Source: Minisyncoccia bacterium (GTDB lineage: Bacteria; Patescibacteriota; Minisyncoccia; Phycocordibacterales; UBA9973). Taken from it: DNA of 59,172 bases. The notes under the pieces were generated by a model, which worked only from the letters and a program-made list of their open reading frames with translations, searched no databases and was not told the DNA's origin. The stretch lies in NCBI GenBank assembly GCA_038249055.1, contig JBBRWS010000007.1, positions 1 to 59,172 of the forward strand, in the 5' to 3' direction. Position numbers and translations under genes: made by a program. Below, one piece after another: positions 1 to 10,041 of the stretch (position 1 is the stretch's first letter; every line of letters starts with the position of its first letter).

Positions 1-180
1 TGGACTGCCGAGTAGCTATGTCGGGAATGGATAACCTCTGAAAGCATCTAAGAGGGAAGCCAGCTTCAAGATGAGGAATCGTTTGAGAAACCTGAGAGAT
101 GATCAGGTTGATAGGCACTAGGTGTACGCGCAGTAATGCGTTTAGCCAAGGTGTACTAATCGTTCGATTCCTATTAGGAA
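1..180 (+). rRNA. rrl: 23S rRNA, 3'-terminal ~180 nt (gene continues upstream of window; 3' end approximate)
   Basis: Conserved 23S domain VI strings (ctgaaagcatctaag, gttgatagg, gtactaat) followed by a 5S gene in canonical order. Confidence 0.85.
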
Positions 181-289
181 ATTTGGAAATCATATTATTG
201 CGTTTACAGCATTCAGTTTTCAGGTATTATATCTGTAGTTGCCAAGAGGGCAATTTAAGTAAATTGAAAATCAGATAGTGTTGAATTTT

Positions 290-406
290 TTGTTCTGGTG
301 ATTTGGCATTGGTGTCACACCCGATAACATTCCGAACTCGGAAGTTAAGCCCATTTGCGCCGATGATACTCTATAAACGGGGAAAGTAGGTTGTCGCCAG
401 AACAAA
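290..406 (+). rRNA. rrf: 5S rRNA (ends approximate)
   Basis: ~117 nt; closing helix ttgttctgg/ccagaacaa; conserved ccgaactc..gaagttaagc core. Confidence 0.85.
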
Positions 407-420
407 GTATTCAACTCTTC

Positions 421-450
421 AAAAAACACCCGTTTGGGTGTTTTTTCTTT
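421..450 (+). terminator. Rho-independent terminator after 5S
   Basis: acaccc-gttt-gggtgt hairpin followed by T-run. Confidence 0.7.
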
Positions 451-467
451 TTAGTAAATATATTTAA

Positions 468-476
468 TGTTATAAT
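468..476 (+). promoter_or_regulatory. Extended -10 promoter (tgttataat), 8 nt upstream of pilin ATG
   Basis: TGnTATAAT match; identical element upstream of the second pilin gene at 38300. Confidence 0.5.
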
Positions 477-484
477 CTTAAAAC

Positions 485-904
485 ATGTCTAAATATTTTG
501 AAAAAAATAAAGGATTTACTTTAATAGAACTTCTTGTTGTTATTGCTATCATCGGGACTCTTTCTACTATAGTTTTAGCATCTTTAAATTCAGCTCGAAC
601 TAAAGCCAAGAATGCAGCAGCTACAGCAGCTTTTGCTCAAATAAATAGAGCAGCACAAATGGATTATTCTGATCATGGAAATTATGCACCAGATGTTGGT
701 CCAGGTGGAAATCCTCGTTTTGTAGGGACTTATTTAAAGAATTTTGACGCAACTTATTATTGTAGTACATGCCAATATGATTGGAATAACTGGCCACCTG
801 GAACAGGAGGGTCAACAGGGACATGTGTTTTTGTGGAAATATATCTAAATGGCAGAAGGCATGCTATTGATGTTTCAGGTTGTCCCGGTGTCACTAATAG
901 TTAA
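485..904 (+). CDS. Type IV pilin-like protein (prepilin-type N-terminal cleavage/methylation domain)
   Basis: N-terminus ..KNKG/FTLIELLVVIAIIG = class III signal peptide with Gly-1, Phe+1, Glu+5; Cys-rich C-terminal globular part. Confidence 0.8.
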   Translation: MSKYFEKNKGFTLIELLVVIAIIGTLSTIVLASLNSARTKAKNAAATAAFAQINRAAQMDYSDHGNYAPDVGPGGNPRFVGTYLKNFDATYYCSTCQYDWNNWPPGTGGSTGTCVFVEIYLNGRRHAIDVSGCPGVTNS

Positions 905-952
905 TATATTAAAATATAAATTTTAATTCCGCTTTATATTGAGGCGGATTTT

Positions 953-961
953 TGGTATAGT
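953..961 (+). promoter_or_regulatory. Extended -10 (tggtatagt), 6 nt upstream of ATG 968 (leaderless)
   Basis: TGnTATAGT; spacing measured directly. Confidence 0.5.
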
Positions 962-967
962 ATACGT

Positions 968-1744
968 ATGTCATGGGCTTCGCGTAGACAATTTCAGTAT
1001 CTTTCAGTCCTAGTTGTAATTATAGGGCTCATTATTTTTGCATTCATTTATCCTATAATTTTCAAAGAACCAACTTGTTCTGATGGTAAAAAAAATGGTA
1101 CGGAGTCTGGTGTTGATTGCGGAGGAACTTGTCTTTTAATGTGTAAGGAAGATATTTCAGCTCCTGTGGTTGTTTGGAGTAGAGCTTTTCATGTAACAGG
1201 CAACAATTATAATCTCGCTGCTTTTATTGAAAATAGAAATAAAGATTCTGCTGTTTATAGTGCCAATTATGAATTCAGAATATATGATACTAATAATACA
1301 TTATTGGGACGAAGACAAGGAAAGACATTTATTCCACCAAATCAACAGTTCGCAGTATTTGAACCACGCTTTGATTCTGGTGAAGTTGAAGTCAAAACAG
1401 TTACATTTGAATTTTTACCACCTTTTGTTTGGGTTAAAAAGCCTCCTACGTTACAAACTCTTAAGATTAGTGTAAGTAATATTTTTTTCGATAATAATAA
1501 AGACACCCCAAATCTGTCTGCGATTATTACTAATAATTCAATTTATGATATACCAGAGTTTGATGTAATCGCCATTCTTTATGATGCCGAACATAATGCT
1601 ATTAATGCTTCTAAAACACATAAAGATAAATTATTAAATAGTAGTAATACAACAGCTGTATTTACTTGGCCAGAAACATTATCTTCAGATCCTGTAACCA
1701 AAGAAATTATGGTTTTAATCAATCCTTTCTCCGTATCTTTTTAA
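968..1744 (+). CDS. Hypothetical membrane-anchored protein with Cys-rich CSDGKKNGTESGVDCGGTC motif
   Basis: 258-aa ORF, one N-terminal TM helix, tight spacing to neighbours; no family recognised. Confidence 0.6.
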   Translation: MSWASRRQFQYLSVLVVIIGLIIFAFIYPIIFKEPTCSDGKKNGTESGVDCGGTCLLMCKEDISAPVVVWSRAFHVTGNNYNLAAFIENRNKDSAVYSANYEFRIYDTNNTLLGRRQGKTFIPPNQQFAVFEPRFDSGEVEVKTVTFEFLPPFVWVKKPPTLQTLKISVSNIFFDNNKDTPNLSAIITNNSIYDIPEFDVIAILYDAEHNAINASKTHKDKLLNSSNTTAVFTWPETLSSDPVTKEIMVLINPFSVSF

Positions 1745-1767
1745 ATAATTTTTAATGTATTAATTGT

Positions 1768-2907
1768 ATGATGTCACCAAAAATAGGGGCAAGTAAAATT
1801 TCTAGTGGCATTGATTGGCTACTAGTCTTATTTATGGTTCCTGTACTTGGAGCAGGACTAATAACAATGAAATCTTTTACGAGCGAAACCTCGTTCTTTA
1901 GTCATCAATTGATGTGGATAGGTATTTCTTCTGTTACTCTTTTCGCTCTTTCTTTTGTAGATTTTAGATTTTTAAAAAGAACCGATATCTTGGTTTCACT
2001 TTTTGCTATTTTTTCAGGTTTACTAATATTATTATTTGTATTTGGGCATAGTGCTAAAGGAGCGCAGAGCTGGTTTTCTATTGGTGGATTTTCTTTCCAG
2101 CCATCAGATATGATGAAATTAGTTGTTATTTTTATGCTCGCAAAATATTTTTCTAGACGACACATAGAAATAGGAAATTTTAAACATATTTTTATTTCAG
2201 GCATTTATGCGTTTATTCCATTCCTTCTTGTTTTTTTGCAACCAGATTTTGGATCAGCTATAATTATTTTTTTTATATGGTTTGGAATGACTCTCGTTTC
2301 TGGAATTTCAAAAAAACATTTATTTATAGTTATGGGTGTTATGGCCATAGCTTTTGTTTTTCTTTGGGGTTTTGTTTTTAAACCTTACCAAAAAGATCGT
2401 GTTATTAATTTCATTCAGCCACTTTCTGATATTCGCGGCTCTGGTTATAATGTTTATCAATCAACCATTGCTATTGGAAGTGGCCAAATATTTGGGAAAG
2501 GGGTTGGGTTTGGTACACAATCAAGATTAAATTTTTTACCAGAATATCAAACTGATTTTATCTTTGCCGCTTTCTCGGAGGAATGGGGTTTTGTTGGAGT
2601 TATAATTTTATTTATATTATTGAGTCTTATTATTTGGCGTATTTTACATATTGCTCTTCTTGGAACTACAAATTTTGAAATACTTTATGGACTTGGAATC
2701 ACAATTTATTTTATGACTCATTTTATTATAAATATAGGAATGAATTTAGGAATTATGCCTGTTACAGGTATAACCTTACCATTTATGAGCTATGGGGGTT
2801 CACATCTTTTAACTGAATTTATTGCACTAGGTATTTTGATGGGGATGAATCGATATAGTCGGGTGGCACATAGGGATGATATGCATAATGAATTCCTAGG
2901 AATTTAA
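1768..2907 (+). CDS. FtsW/RodA/SpoVE family peptidoglycan glycosyltransferase
   Basis: Multi-TM; motifs PDFGSA, LPEYQTDFIFA, GITLPFMSYGGS. Confidence 0.85.
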   Translation: MMSPKIGASKISSGIDWLLVLFMVPVLGAGLITMKSFTSETSFFSHQLMWIGISSVTLFALSFVDFRFLKRTDILVSLFAIFSGLLILLFVFGHSAKGAQSWFSIGGFSFQPSDMMKLVVIFMLAKYFSRRHIEIGNFKHIFISGIYAFIPFLLVFLQPDFGSAIIIFFIWFGMTLVSGISKKHLFIVMGVMAIAFVFLWGFVFKPYQKDRVINFIQPLSDIRGSGYNVYQSTIAIGSGQIFGKGVGFGTQSRLNFLPEYQTDFIFAAFSEEWGFVGVIILFILLSLIIWRILHIALLGTTNFEILYGLGITIYFMTHFIINIGMNLGIMPVTGITLPFMSYGGSHLLTEFIALGILMGMNRYSRVAHRDDMHNEFLGI

Positions 2908-3053
2908 AAACTAATTATCTAAAACCATCTACTTCGTTATAAGTTCCGTATGCTCGGTCAATGTAGAATACTACATCTCTCTCATTACTCACTTATGCCT
3001 CGTATATGGTATCATCTAATTAGTTTTCAGTAGTGCTAATCCATAAAATAATT

Positions 3054-3884
3054 ATGAATATTATTGACGGAAGAAAAATTAAAGATGAAATTTTAGAAGA
3101 AATAAAAGAAGGTGTTTTGTCCTTACCTTTTACTCCTATTTTTTGTGATATATTAGTTGGCAATGATTCAGTTTCAGCTTCGTATGTAAGGATTAAATCC
3201 AAGATTGCTTCACAGGTTGAAATTAAATTTAGAACTGCAGAATTCAAGGAGTCTGTTACTACTGAAGAGTTAATTGAAGAAATAGAAAATTTAAACAAAG
3301 TTCCTCATATGTGTGGAATAATAATACAGTTACCATTACCTTCTCATATAGATAAAAGAATGGTTCTCGATGCAATATTGCCATCTCTTGATGTTGATTG
3401 TTTGGGAACTGTAAATAGTGAAAATTTTTATAGGAACGAAGGCGAGATAGGTTACCCAACAGCACTTGCTTGTATTAAAATACTTGATAGCTTAAATCTT
3501 GATTTATCAAAAAAGAAAATATTGATTCTCGGTCAGGGAAGTTTAGTGGGGTTACCAGTAACTCATTTACTTAAATCAAAAGGATTAGAAGTCGTAACAG
3601 TAGACAGTAAAACCAATAATTCAGAATTATTAATTAAAAATGCAGATGTAATAATTTCCGCAATTGGTAAAGCAAAATACATTAATGGAAGTATGATTAA
3701 AGAGGGAGCTATTATAATTGATGCAGGTACATCAGAAGATAATGGAGCAGTAGTAGGAGATGTAGACTTAGAAAGTGTCATGGGTGTAGCATCTTTTGTT
3801 TCTCCGACTCCTGGTGGGGTAGGACCAGTGACAGTAGCTATGTTGCTTAGAAATGTATTACAAGTTGCAAGGAATAAGAATTAG
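3054..3884 (+). CDS. folD: Bifunctional methylenetetrahydrofolate dehydrogenase/cyclohydrolase
   Basis: MNIIDGRKIKDEIL start, C-terminal PGGVGPVTVAMLLRNV; ATG at 3054 preferred to the ORF-track start at 3033. Confidence 0.85.
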   Translation: MNIIDGRKIKDEILEEIKEGVLSLPFTPIFCDILVGNDSVSASYVRIKSKIASQVEIKFRTAEFKESVTTEELIEEIENLNKVPHMCGIIIQLPLPSHIDKRMVLDAILPSLDVDCLGTVNSENFYRNEGEIGYPTALACIKILDSLNLDLSKKKILILGQGSLVGLPVTHLLKSKGLEVVTVDSKTNNSELLIKNADVIISAIGKAKYINGSMIKEGAIIIDAGTSEDNGAVVGDVDLESVMGVASFVSPTPGGVGPVTVAMLLRNVLQVARNKN

Positions 3885-4062
3885 GTTTTAATAACTAGTT
3901 TCTATTTACTAGAAAATTAAAAATAATTAATTAAAATAAATTTTACAAGAGATGAATCCCGTAGTAGAAAATGGCATTGTTTAAAAAACAGATTAGTAAA
4001 ATTAAGAAATTAGGATATGTTTAAAAATTATTAAAATTAAAATAGACAATGGCGAAGACATA

Positions 4063-4626
4063 ATGCCATTTCTCACTAACCGGATGAATAACACAATATT
4101 TTTTTATTTATATAACTTTGCCCATCAATCCGTCTTTTTGGATTGGCTGATTGTTTTTTGTGCAAATAATTTTGGTTACATTATGATTTTTTTAGCAGTT
4201 ATTTTTTTGATTTTTCATACTGATGGAGTTTTTGATTATCGCACTCCATTTTTACAATTAAAAAATAAATTAAAAGAAATATCTTTAGTTTTTTCTTCAG
4301 CTATTGCAGCCTATATTTTTGAGTATATTCTTAAATCATTTATGCCATCACCAAGACCATTTCTTTTTTTTGAAAATGTAAAACCATTATTTTTACATGG
4401 GGGAATGGATTCATTTCCATCAGGTCACGCTATGTTTTTTGGAGCATTAGCGATGTCTCTTTATTTTGTTCATAAAAGAATTGGTTATATGTATTTTGCA
4501 GTAGCTATAATTGTAGGTCTCGCTCGGGTAGCTGCAGGGGTTCATTTCCCAATAGATATTTTAGTTGGTTATATTTTGGGAATCTCAATTGCCGTTATTT
4601 TTAAGCTTATTTTTAAGAAAAAATAA
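4063..4626 (+). CDS. PAP2-family phosphatase (undecaprenyl-diphosphatase-like)
   Basis: Membrane protein with PSGH and AGVHFPIDILVG acid-phosphatase motifs. Confidence 0.7.
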   Translation: MPFLTNRMNNTIFFYLYNFAHQSVFLDWLIVFCANNFGYIMIFLAVIFLIFHTDGVFDYRTPFLQLKNKLKEISLVFSSAIAAYIFEYILKSFMPSPRPFLFFENVKPLFLHGGMDSFPSGHAMFFGALAMSLYFVHKRIGYMYFAVAIIVGLARVAAGVHFPIDILVGYILGISIAVIFKLIFKKK

Positions 4627-4697
4627 CTTAATAACACTAAATACAAAGTTGTGCAATGCTTGATTTTTAAGCTAAAACGGGCTAGAATAACCCTATT

Positions 4698-6098
4698 ATG
4701 TGGAAAACAAGAATTACAGCATTATTAATACTCTTATTAGGAATCGGGTTAGGTTTTTTTGTTTATAAATCTGAAATCAGTCATAGAAACTTGGCCGCAG
4801 ATGCTAAGGTTACTGGTTTTGCAAAATTCCCATTTAAATTGGGATTAGATCTTTCAGGTGGTACTCATTTAGTTTATAAAGCAGATGTTTCTCAGATAGA
4901 TGCAACAGAATTAAGAAATTCAATGGATGCACTTCGTGATGTCATCGAAAGACGTGTTAATGTTTTTGGTGTTTCAGAACCTATAGTACAAATTCAAAAT
5001 GGTGGCTTTTCTAACGCGGGAGAAGAACGCTTGATTGTGGATCTTCCTGGAGTTACAGATGTAAGTAAGGCAATAGAAATGATAGGTCAGACTCCCATGC
5101 TTGATTTCAGAACAGAAAATCCAAATAAAGACAAAGAACAGGAAGCTAAAGTGGGGGCTGATGGTAAAGTAAATCTTGAGGTTGCTCCACAATTTGTTAT
5201 GACTGAATTGACTGGAAGATATTTAGATAAAGCTATTCTTGAATTTGATGCAACTACAGGAGAACCAACTGTTTCATTGCAGTTTGATGCAGAAGGTTCT
5301 TTATTGTTTGAAAAAATAACAAAAGAAAATATTGGAAAGTCTGTAGCAATATATCTAGATGGTGAACCAATTTCAACACCAACCGTAAATGAAGCTATAT
5401 CAGGTGGTAAAGCTCAAATTTCAGGTAACTTTACTCCAATAGAAGCAAGAACATTAGTTGGACGTTTAAATTCTGGTGCACTTCCTGTGCCAATAGTTCT
5501 TATTTCTACTCAAACAATTGGGCCTTCTTTAGGTTCAGAGGCTACAGCAGCTGGGGTTAAAGCAGCAATTCTTGGATTCTTAGCTATCGCATTATTCCTT
5601 ATAATCTGGTACAGATTACCAGGTATGATTGCCGTATTTGCTCTCTCAATGTATGTAGTAATAATGCTATCACTATTTAAACTTGTTCCTGTTACTTTGA
5701 CAGCTGCAGGCATTGCCGGATTTATTATTTCGATAGGAATTGCGGTTGATGCCAATGTTCTTATTTTTGAACGTATCAAAGAAGAACTTCGTAATGGTGA
5801 GGGTATCTCAGATTCAATTCACCATGGTTTTAAAAGAGCATGGTTATCTGTTCGTGATTCCAACATTTCTAGTATGATTACGGCTGTTATTTTATTCTGG
5901 TTTGGAACATCTCTTATTAAAGGTTTTGCGTTAGTATTTTTAATAGGTGTGATTGTCTCAATGATTTCAGCTATTTCTATAACAAGAATATTCCTTTATT
6001 CTCTTAATATTAAAAAGAAAAACAAATTTACTGGTTTTCTGTTTGGGTCGGGTTTTAGTAACGCTTCAACTATAGCTGCACACGCAGTTTCAAAATAA
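4698..6098 (+). CDS. secD: Protein translocase subunit SecD
   Basis: GLDLSGGTHLVYKAD motif, periplasmic domain plus 6 TM; followed directly by secF. Confidence 0.9.
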   Translation: MWKTRITALLILLLGIGLGFFVYKSEISHRNLAADAKVTGFAKFPFKLGLDLSGGTHLVYKADVSQIDATELRNSMDALRDVIERRVNVFGVSEPIVQIQNGGFSNAGEERLIVDLPGVTDVSKAIEMIGQTPMLDFRTENPNKDKEQEAKVGADGKVNLEVAPQFVMTELTGRYLDKAILEFDATTGEPTVSLQFDAEGSLLFEKITKENIGKSVAIYLDGEPISTPTVNEAISGGKAQISGNFTPIEARTLVGRLNSGALPVPIVLISTQTIGPSLGSEATAAGVKAAILGFLAIALFLIIWYRLPGMIAVFALSMYVVIMLSLFKLVPVTLTAAGIAGFIISIGIAVDANVLIFERIKEELRNGEGISDSIHHGFKRAWLSVRDSNISSMITAVILFWFGTSLIKGFALVFLIGVIVSMISAISITRIFLYSLNIKKKNKFTGFLFGSGFSNASTIAAHAVSK

Positions 6099-6099
6099 T

Positions 6100-6987
6100 A
6101 TGTTTATAATTAAATACAAAAAAATATTTGTCACAATTTCAGCAGTTCTTGTTTCTCTTTCAATCATTTCTATATTGTTTTTTGGATTAAATTTTGGTAT
6201 TGACTTTAAAGGAGGTTCTCTTTTGGAAGTAGAATATAAAAATTCAAGACCAGAACAAACAGTAATAGAAGATGCAATAAAACCTCTTTCTATTGGAGAA
6301 ATATTGATTCAGCCTATGGGTGATATTGGTTATAGTATTAAAACACGTGATATAAATGAAAAGGAACGCGGGGATGTAATGAAGGCCTTAGGAAGTGATG
6401 CCGTAGAAAAAAGTTTTACTTCTATAGGACCATCTGTTGGAGCAGAGCTTGTTCGTAAATCTGTTATTTCATTTATTCTAGTAGTTATAGGAATTATTTT
6501 CTGGATTGCATTCTCATTCAGAAAAGTTTCAAGACCTGTATCTTCTTGGAAATATGGTTTTATGGCTATAGTGTCATTGATTCACGATGTTACAATTTCA
6601 GCTGGAGTATTTGCCTTCTTGGGCTATTTAACTGGTGCTGAAGTAGATACACTCTTTGTGGTTGCAATACTAACAGTACTTGGACTTTCTGTTTCAGACA
6701 CAATAGTGGTGTTTGATCGTATTCGTGAAAATATTCGTATTGGACACTTTAAAACATTTGAAGAGACTGTTGGTAGAAGTTTAGATCAAGTTTATTCTAG
6801 ATCTATTGCAACCTCATCCACTGTTATTATTGTGCTTCTAGCTTTGGTATTTTTAGGACCATCAAGTACAAGAGTTTTTGCTATAATGCTTACTGCTGGA
6901 ATGTTCTTTGGTACATATTCCTCTATTTTCTTAGCAAGTCCATTATTGGTTATATTAAATAATCTTCAAAATAAAAAGACTAAATAA
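6100..6987 (+). CDS. secF: Protein translocase subunit SecF
   Basis: GIDFKGGSLLEV motif; 1-nt gap after secD. Confidence 0.9.
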   Translation: MFIIKYKKIFVTISAVLVSLSIISILFFGLNFGIDFKGGSLLEVEYKNSRPEQTVIEDAIKPLSIGEILIQPMGDIGYSIKTRDINEKERGDVMKALGSDAVEKSFTSIGPSVGAELVRKSVISFILVVIGIIFWIAFSFRKVSRPVSSWKYGFMAIVSLIHDVTISAGVFAFLGYLTGAEVDTLFVVAILTVLGLSVSDTIVVFDRIRENIRIGHFKTFEETVGRSLDQVYSRSIATSSTVIIVLLALVFLGPSSTRVFAIMLTAGMFFGTYSSIFLASPLLVILNNLQNKKTK

Positions 6988-6997
6988 TATTTTATAT

Positions 6998-7031
6998 CAA
7001 AAAACCTTCTAGTAAAATAGAGGGTTTTTTG
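6998..7031 (+). terminator. Rho-independent terminator after secF
   Basis: aaaaccttct/agagggtttt hairpin plus T-run. Confidence 0.6.
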
Positions 7032-7157
7032 ATATAATATGAGAGTAGTTTTAAATTATAAAGTCGGTTTATTAAAATTAAAATGTATTATCGTGTTTCA
7101 ATCAGCTTACGCACGTGCGAATTAGCAGATTCAAAACTTGGTAATTTGTAAAATCAT

Positions 7158-7715
7158 ATGTCTATCTTATATATTGTTTTAGGTTTAATAGTTGCCTTAG
7201 TTTTATTTTTTGTTGTTAAATATAACGGATTTATTACACTAAGAACTCGTGCTGAAGAAGCTTGGTCTGATATAGATGTTCAACTTAAGCGTCGTTACGA
7301 TTTGATTCCCAATTTAGTAAATACTGTGAAGGGTTATGCAACTCATGAATCTGCTACTTTTGAAAAAGTTACAGAAGCTCGTTCAAAGGCAATGCAGGCA
7401 GGAACTATTGCTGAGAAAGGAGAGGCTGAAAATATGCTTACTGGTACTTTGAAATCTCTTTTTGCTATTTCAGAAGCTTACCCAGAACTAAAGGCTAATA
7501 CTAATTTTCTTCAGCTTCAAAGTGAATTATCTGATACTGAAAATAAGATTATGGCTTCCCGTAGATTTTATAACGGTAACGTTCGTGATTTCAATACCGG
7601 TGTTCAAATGTTTCCTGGAAATATAATTGCAGGCATGTTTAAGTTTACAAAAATGGATTTCTTTGAACTAGAACAAGATAGTGTTGAAAAAAATCCCGTG
7701 GAAGTAAAATTCTAA
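7158..7715 (+). CDS. LemA family protein
   Basis: N-terminal TM plus LemA-like WSDIDVQLKRRYDLIPNLV and RRFYNGNVRDFN strings. Confidence 0.85.
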   Translation: MSILYIVLGLIVALVLFFVVKYNGFITLRTRAEEAWSDIDVQLKRRYDLIPNLVNTVKGYATHESATFEKVTEARSKAMQAGTIAEKGEAENMLTGTLKSLFAISEAYPELKANTNFLQLQSELSDTENKIMASRRFYNGNVRDFNTGVQMFPGNIIAGMFKFTKMDFFELEQDSVEKNPVEVKF

Positions 7716-7737
7716 AAATAGCTATATTTTTTAAGAT

Positions 7738-9495
7738 ATGAAAAAAACAAAAATAACTCTATGGATTAGCTTACTATTCTTTGGGTTATTTTTTGTTTTT
7801 ACCCACGATGCAAATGCTGAAGTCATTCGTGAGTTTTCTTCAACTATTAATGTATTACCTGATTCATCTATTTTTGTAAAAGAACAAATTACTTATGATT
7901 TTGAAGATGTTATTCGTCACGGAATTATACGAACTATTCCTTTATATAATTCAAAAAAAGAACCTCTTAAAATAGAGGTCATTTCAGTTATAAATGAATT
8001 TGATAAATCATATGAATTTAATACAGATAGTACAAACAATTCTTTTTCAATAAAAATAGGTGATACAGACAGAATGGTATCTGGCATAAAAGAATACATT
8101 ATATCGTATCGAGTTTTGGGTAGTATTACATACTATGAAAATTTCGATGAATTATATTGGAATGCAACTGGTAATGATTGGCAAGTAAAAATTTTGAAAT
8201 CAGAAGTAAAAGTAATTTTGCCAAATAATGTGTTTTCTATACAACAATCTTGTTATTATGGAAAATTAAATAGTATTAAAAATTGTTATTTGTCAGATAC
8301 AAATACATTTTTTTCAGGAGATATTCTTAATGAAAAAGAGGGGTTAACTGTGGCAGTTGGTTTTCCAAAAGGAATAGTCTCTGTCTATAAATCACAAATT
8401 GTGAAAGAAAACTCAAAACCATTTGAAATTTTTTGGCCTATTATTATTCCTACAGTAGTTTTTATTTTCATGTTTATTAATTGGTATAAAAAAGGTAGAG
8501 ATGAAAAGGGAACAGGGGTTATAGTTCCCCAATATGATGTTTTTGAAAATCTTACCCCACTCGAAGTTGGAGGTATTATGAATGGAAGAATTGATAATCA
8601 GGACATTTCAGCAGAAATAATTTATCTTGCTACAAAAGGGTATTTAAAAATTAAACAAATAGATGAAACATGTGATAATTTTTTATGTTTGATCTCTAAA
8701 AAAGACTACGAATTTACTCTTTTAAAAGAAATGGGATTGCTTACAAATTCTTTTGATAAAAAAATCATGAGGGCAATATTTGATGAAAATGGAAAAGTAG
8801 GAGGGGTTTCAAAACTTTCAGAATTAAATAATAAGTTTTATAAATCAATTACTAGTATTAGTAACGCTGTATCAGAAACTCTTTTAAAGAAAGAATATTA
8901 TACAAATTTCCCCAAATCAAAAAATAATAAAGATAATCTAATTTTTACTATATTTATATTAGGTATATCAATCTTTGCCAGTCAATTCTATATTTCAGAT
9001 AATAATTTAGACCTACTTAAAAAAATATTAATATTTACAACATCAATTCTTTTGTCAGTTTTAATTCGTTATATTTTTAATCGTTTAATGACAGCAAAAT
9101 CTCATAAAGGAGCCCGTGCTCATGAATATTTTTTGGGTCTAAAGGAGTATCTTCAAATTGCTGAAAAAGATAGACTTAATTTTCACAATGATCCCGGTAA
9201 AAAACCCGAAACATTTGAAGTTCTATTGCCGTATGCTATGGTTTTTAATGTTGAAGAATTATGGGCAAAAGAATTTAAAGATATTTATAATATTGAACCA
9301 AAATGGTATGAAAGTAAGTCCAGTAGTTTTAATGTAATTAAATTTGGTCATGAAATGGCAATGTTTAGTTCTTTGGCAAATATTTCTATATCAACTTCAC
9401 CTAGTAATTCAGGAAGTGGAGGATTTTCTAGTGGAAGTGGCGGCGGAGGGTTTTCAGGAGGAGGAGGCGGTGGCGGGGGAGGAGGAAGTTGGTAA
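7738..9495 (+). CDS. DUF2207-like membrane protein with Gly-rich C-terminal tail
   Basis: Signal/TM, extracellular domain, internal TMs, C-terminal GGGGFSGGGGGGGGGGSW; usual partner of LemA. Confidence 0.7.
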   Translation: MKKTKITLWISLLFFGLFFVFTHDANAEVIREFSSTINVLPDSSIFVKEQITYDFEDVIRHGIIRTIPLYNSKKEPLKIEVISVINEFDKSYEFNTDSTNNSFSIKIGDTDRMVSGIKEYIISYRVLGSITYYENFDELYWNATGNDWQVKILKSEVKVILPNNVFSIQQSCYYGKLNSIKNCYLSDTNTFFSGDILNEKEGLTVAVGFPKGIVSVYKSQIVKENSKPFEIFWPIIIPTVVFIFMFINWYKKGRDEKGTGVIVPQYDVFENLTPLEVGGIMNGRIDNQDISAEIIYLATKGYLKIKQIDETCDNFLCLISKKDYEFTLLKEMGLLTNSFDKKIMRAIFDENGKVGGVSKLSELNNKFYKSITSISNAVSETLLKKEYYTNFPKSKNNKDNLIFTIFILGISIFASQFYISDNNLDLLKKILIFTTSILLSVLIRYIFNRLMTAKSHKGARAHEYFLGLKEYLQIAEKDRLNFHNDPGKKPETFEVLLPYAMVFNVEELWAKEFKDIYNIEPKWYESKSSSFNVIKFGHEMAMFSSLANISISTSPSNSGSGGFSSGSGGGGFSGGGGGGGGGGSW

Positions 9496-9574
9496 AATGG
9501 AGTCATTATACTTAAATCAAAAATGTAGTATAATTGTTAAGTTTAGAAAAATTATAATTTAAAATATAAAAATA

Positions 9575-10036
9575 ATGAAATCATTCAAAATAATATTAAT
9601 TTTAATCTCAGTAGGGGCTATTTTTTATTTTGGATGGAATTTTTTACAAAATGAGGGAATAGATTCAAATGGAAATAAAATACCAGTTATCGATACAAAG
9701 ATATTAGGAAATGAGAAGGATTTAGTTTCTTTTTCTGTAGAGCCTGGAAGTAGTGTTTCAGGAATTCTTGCGGTTACAGGGTCAGTACAAGGCGGTTATT
9801 TTTTTGAAGGTAATATTATAATAAATATTCTAGATTCTGATAAAAAAATTATTAGAAAAAGTAATGGTAATGCAATAACAGATTGGACCACTATAGAACC
9901 AGTTGGTTTTAATGCAGTGATTGATTTTACTTATCTTCCTTTGGGTCCTGCCTTTATAGAAATTCATAATGATAATCCTGGGTCACCAAATGAAGGGATA
10001 GATAAAAGTATTTTAATACCAATAATTATTAAATAA
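9575..10036 (+). CDS. Hypothetical secreted protein, possibly Gmad2 Ig-like domain
   Basis: N-terminal TM; GYFFEGNIIINILD...DWTT...HNDNPGSP resembles the Gmad2 pattern (recollection only). Confidence 0.4.
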   Translation: MKSFKIILILISVGAIFYFGWNFLQNEGIDSNGNKIPVIDTKILGNEKDLVSFSVEPGSSVSGILAVTGSVQGGYFFEGNIIINILDSDKKIIRKSNGNAITDWTTIEPVGFNAVIDFTYLPLGPAFIEIHNDNPGSPNEGIDKSILIPIIIK

Positions 10037-10041
10037 ATAAA

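Noticed and set aside
7039-7125. 28-aa ORF (MRVVLNYKVGLLKLKCIIVFQSAYARAN) in the lemA leader
   Set aside because: The ATG directly abuts the -10 element, so it would not be in the transcript. There is no conservation evidence, and it is more likely just part of an untranslated leader.
9400-9495. GGN-rich tandem repeat region
   Set aside because: It is in frame with the DUF2207-like ORF and forms its C-terminal Gly-rich tail. The overlapping ORF 9344-9562 is an out-of-frame artefact.
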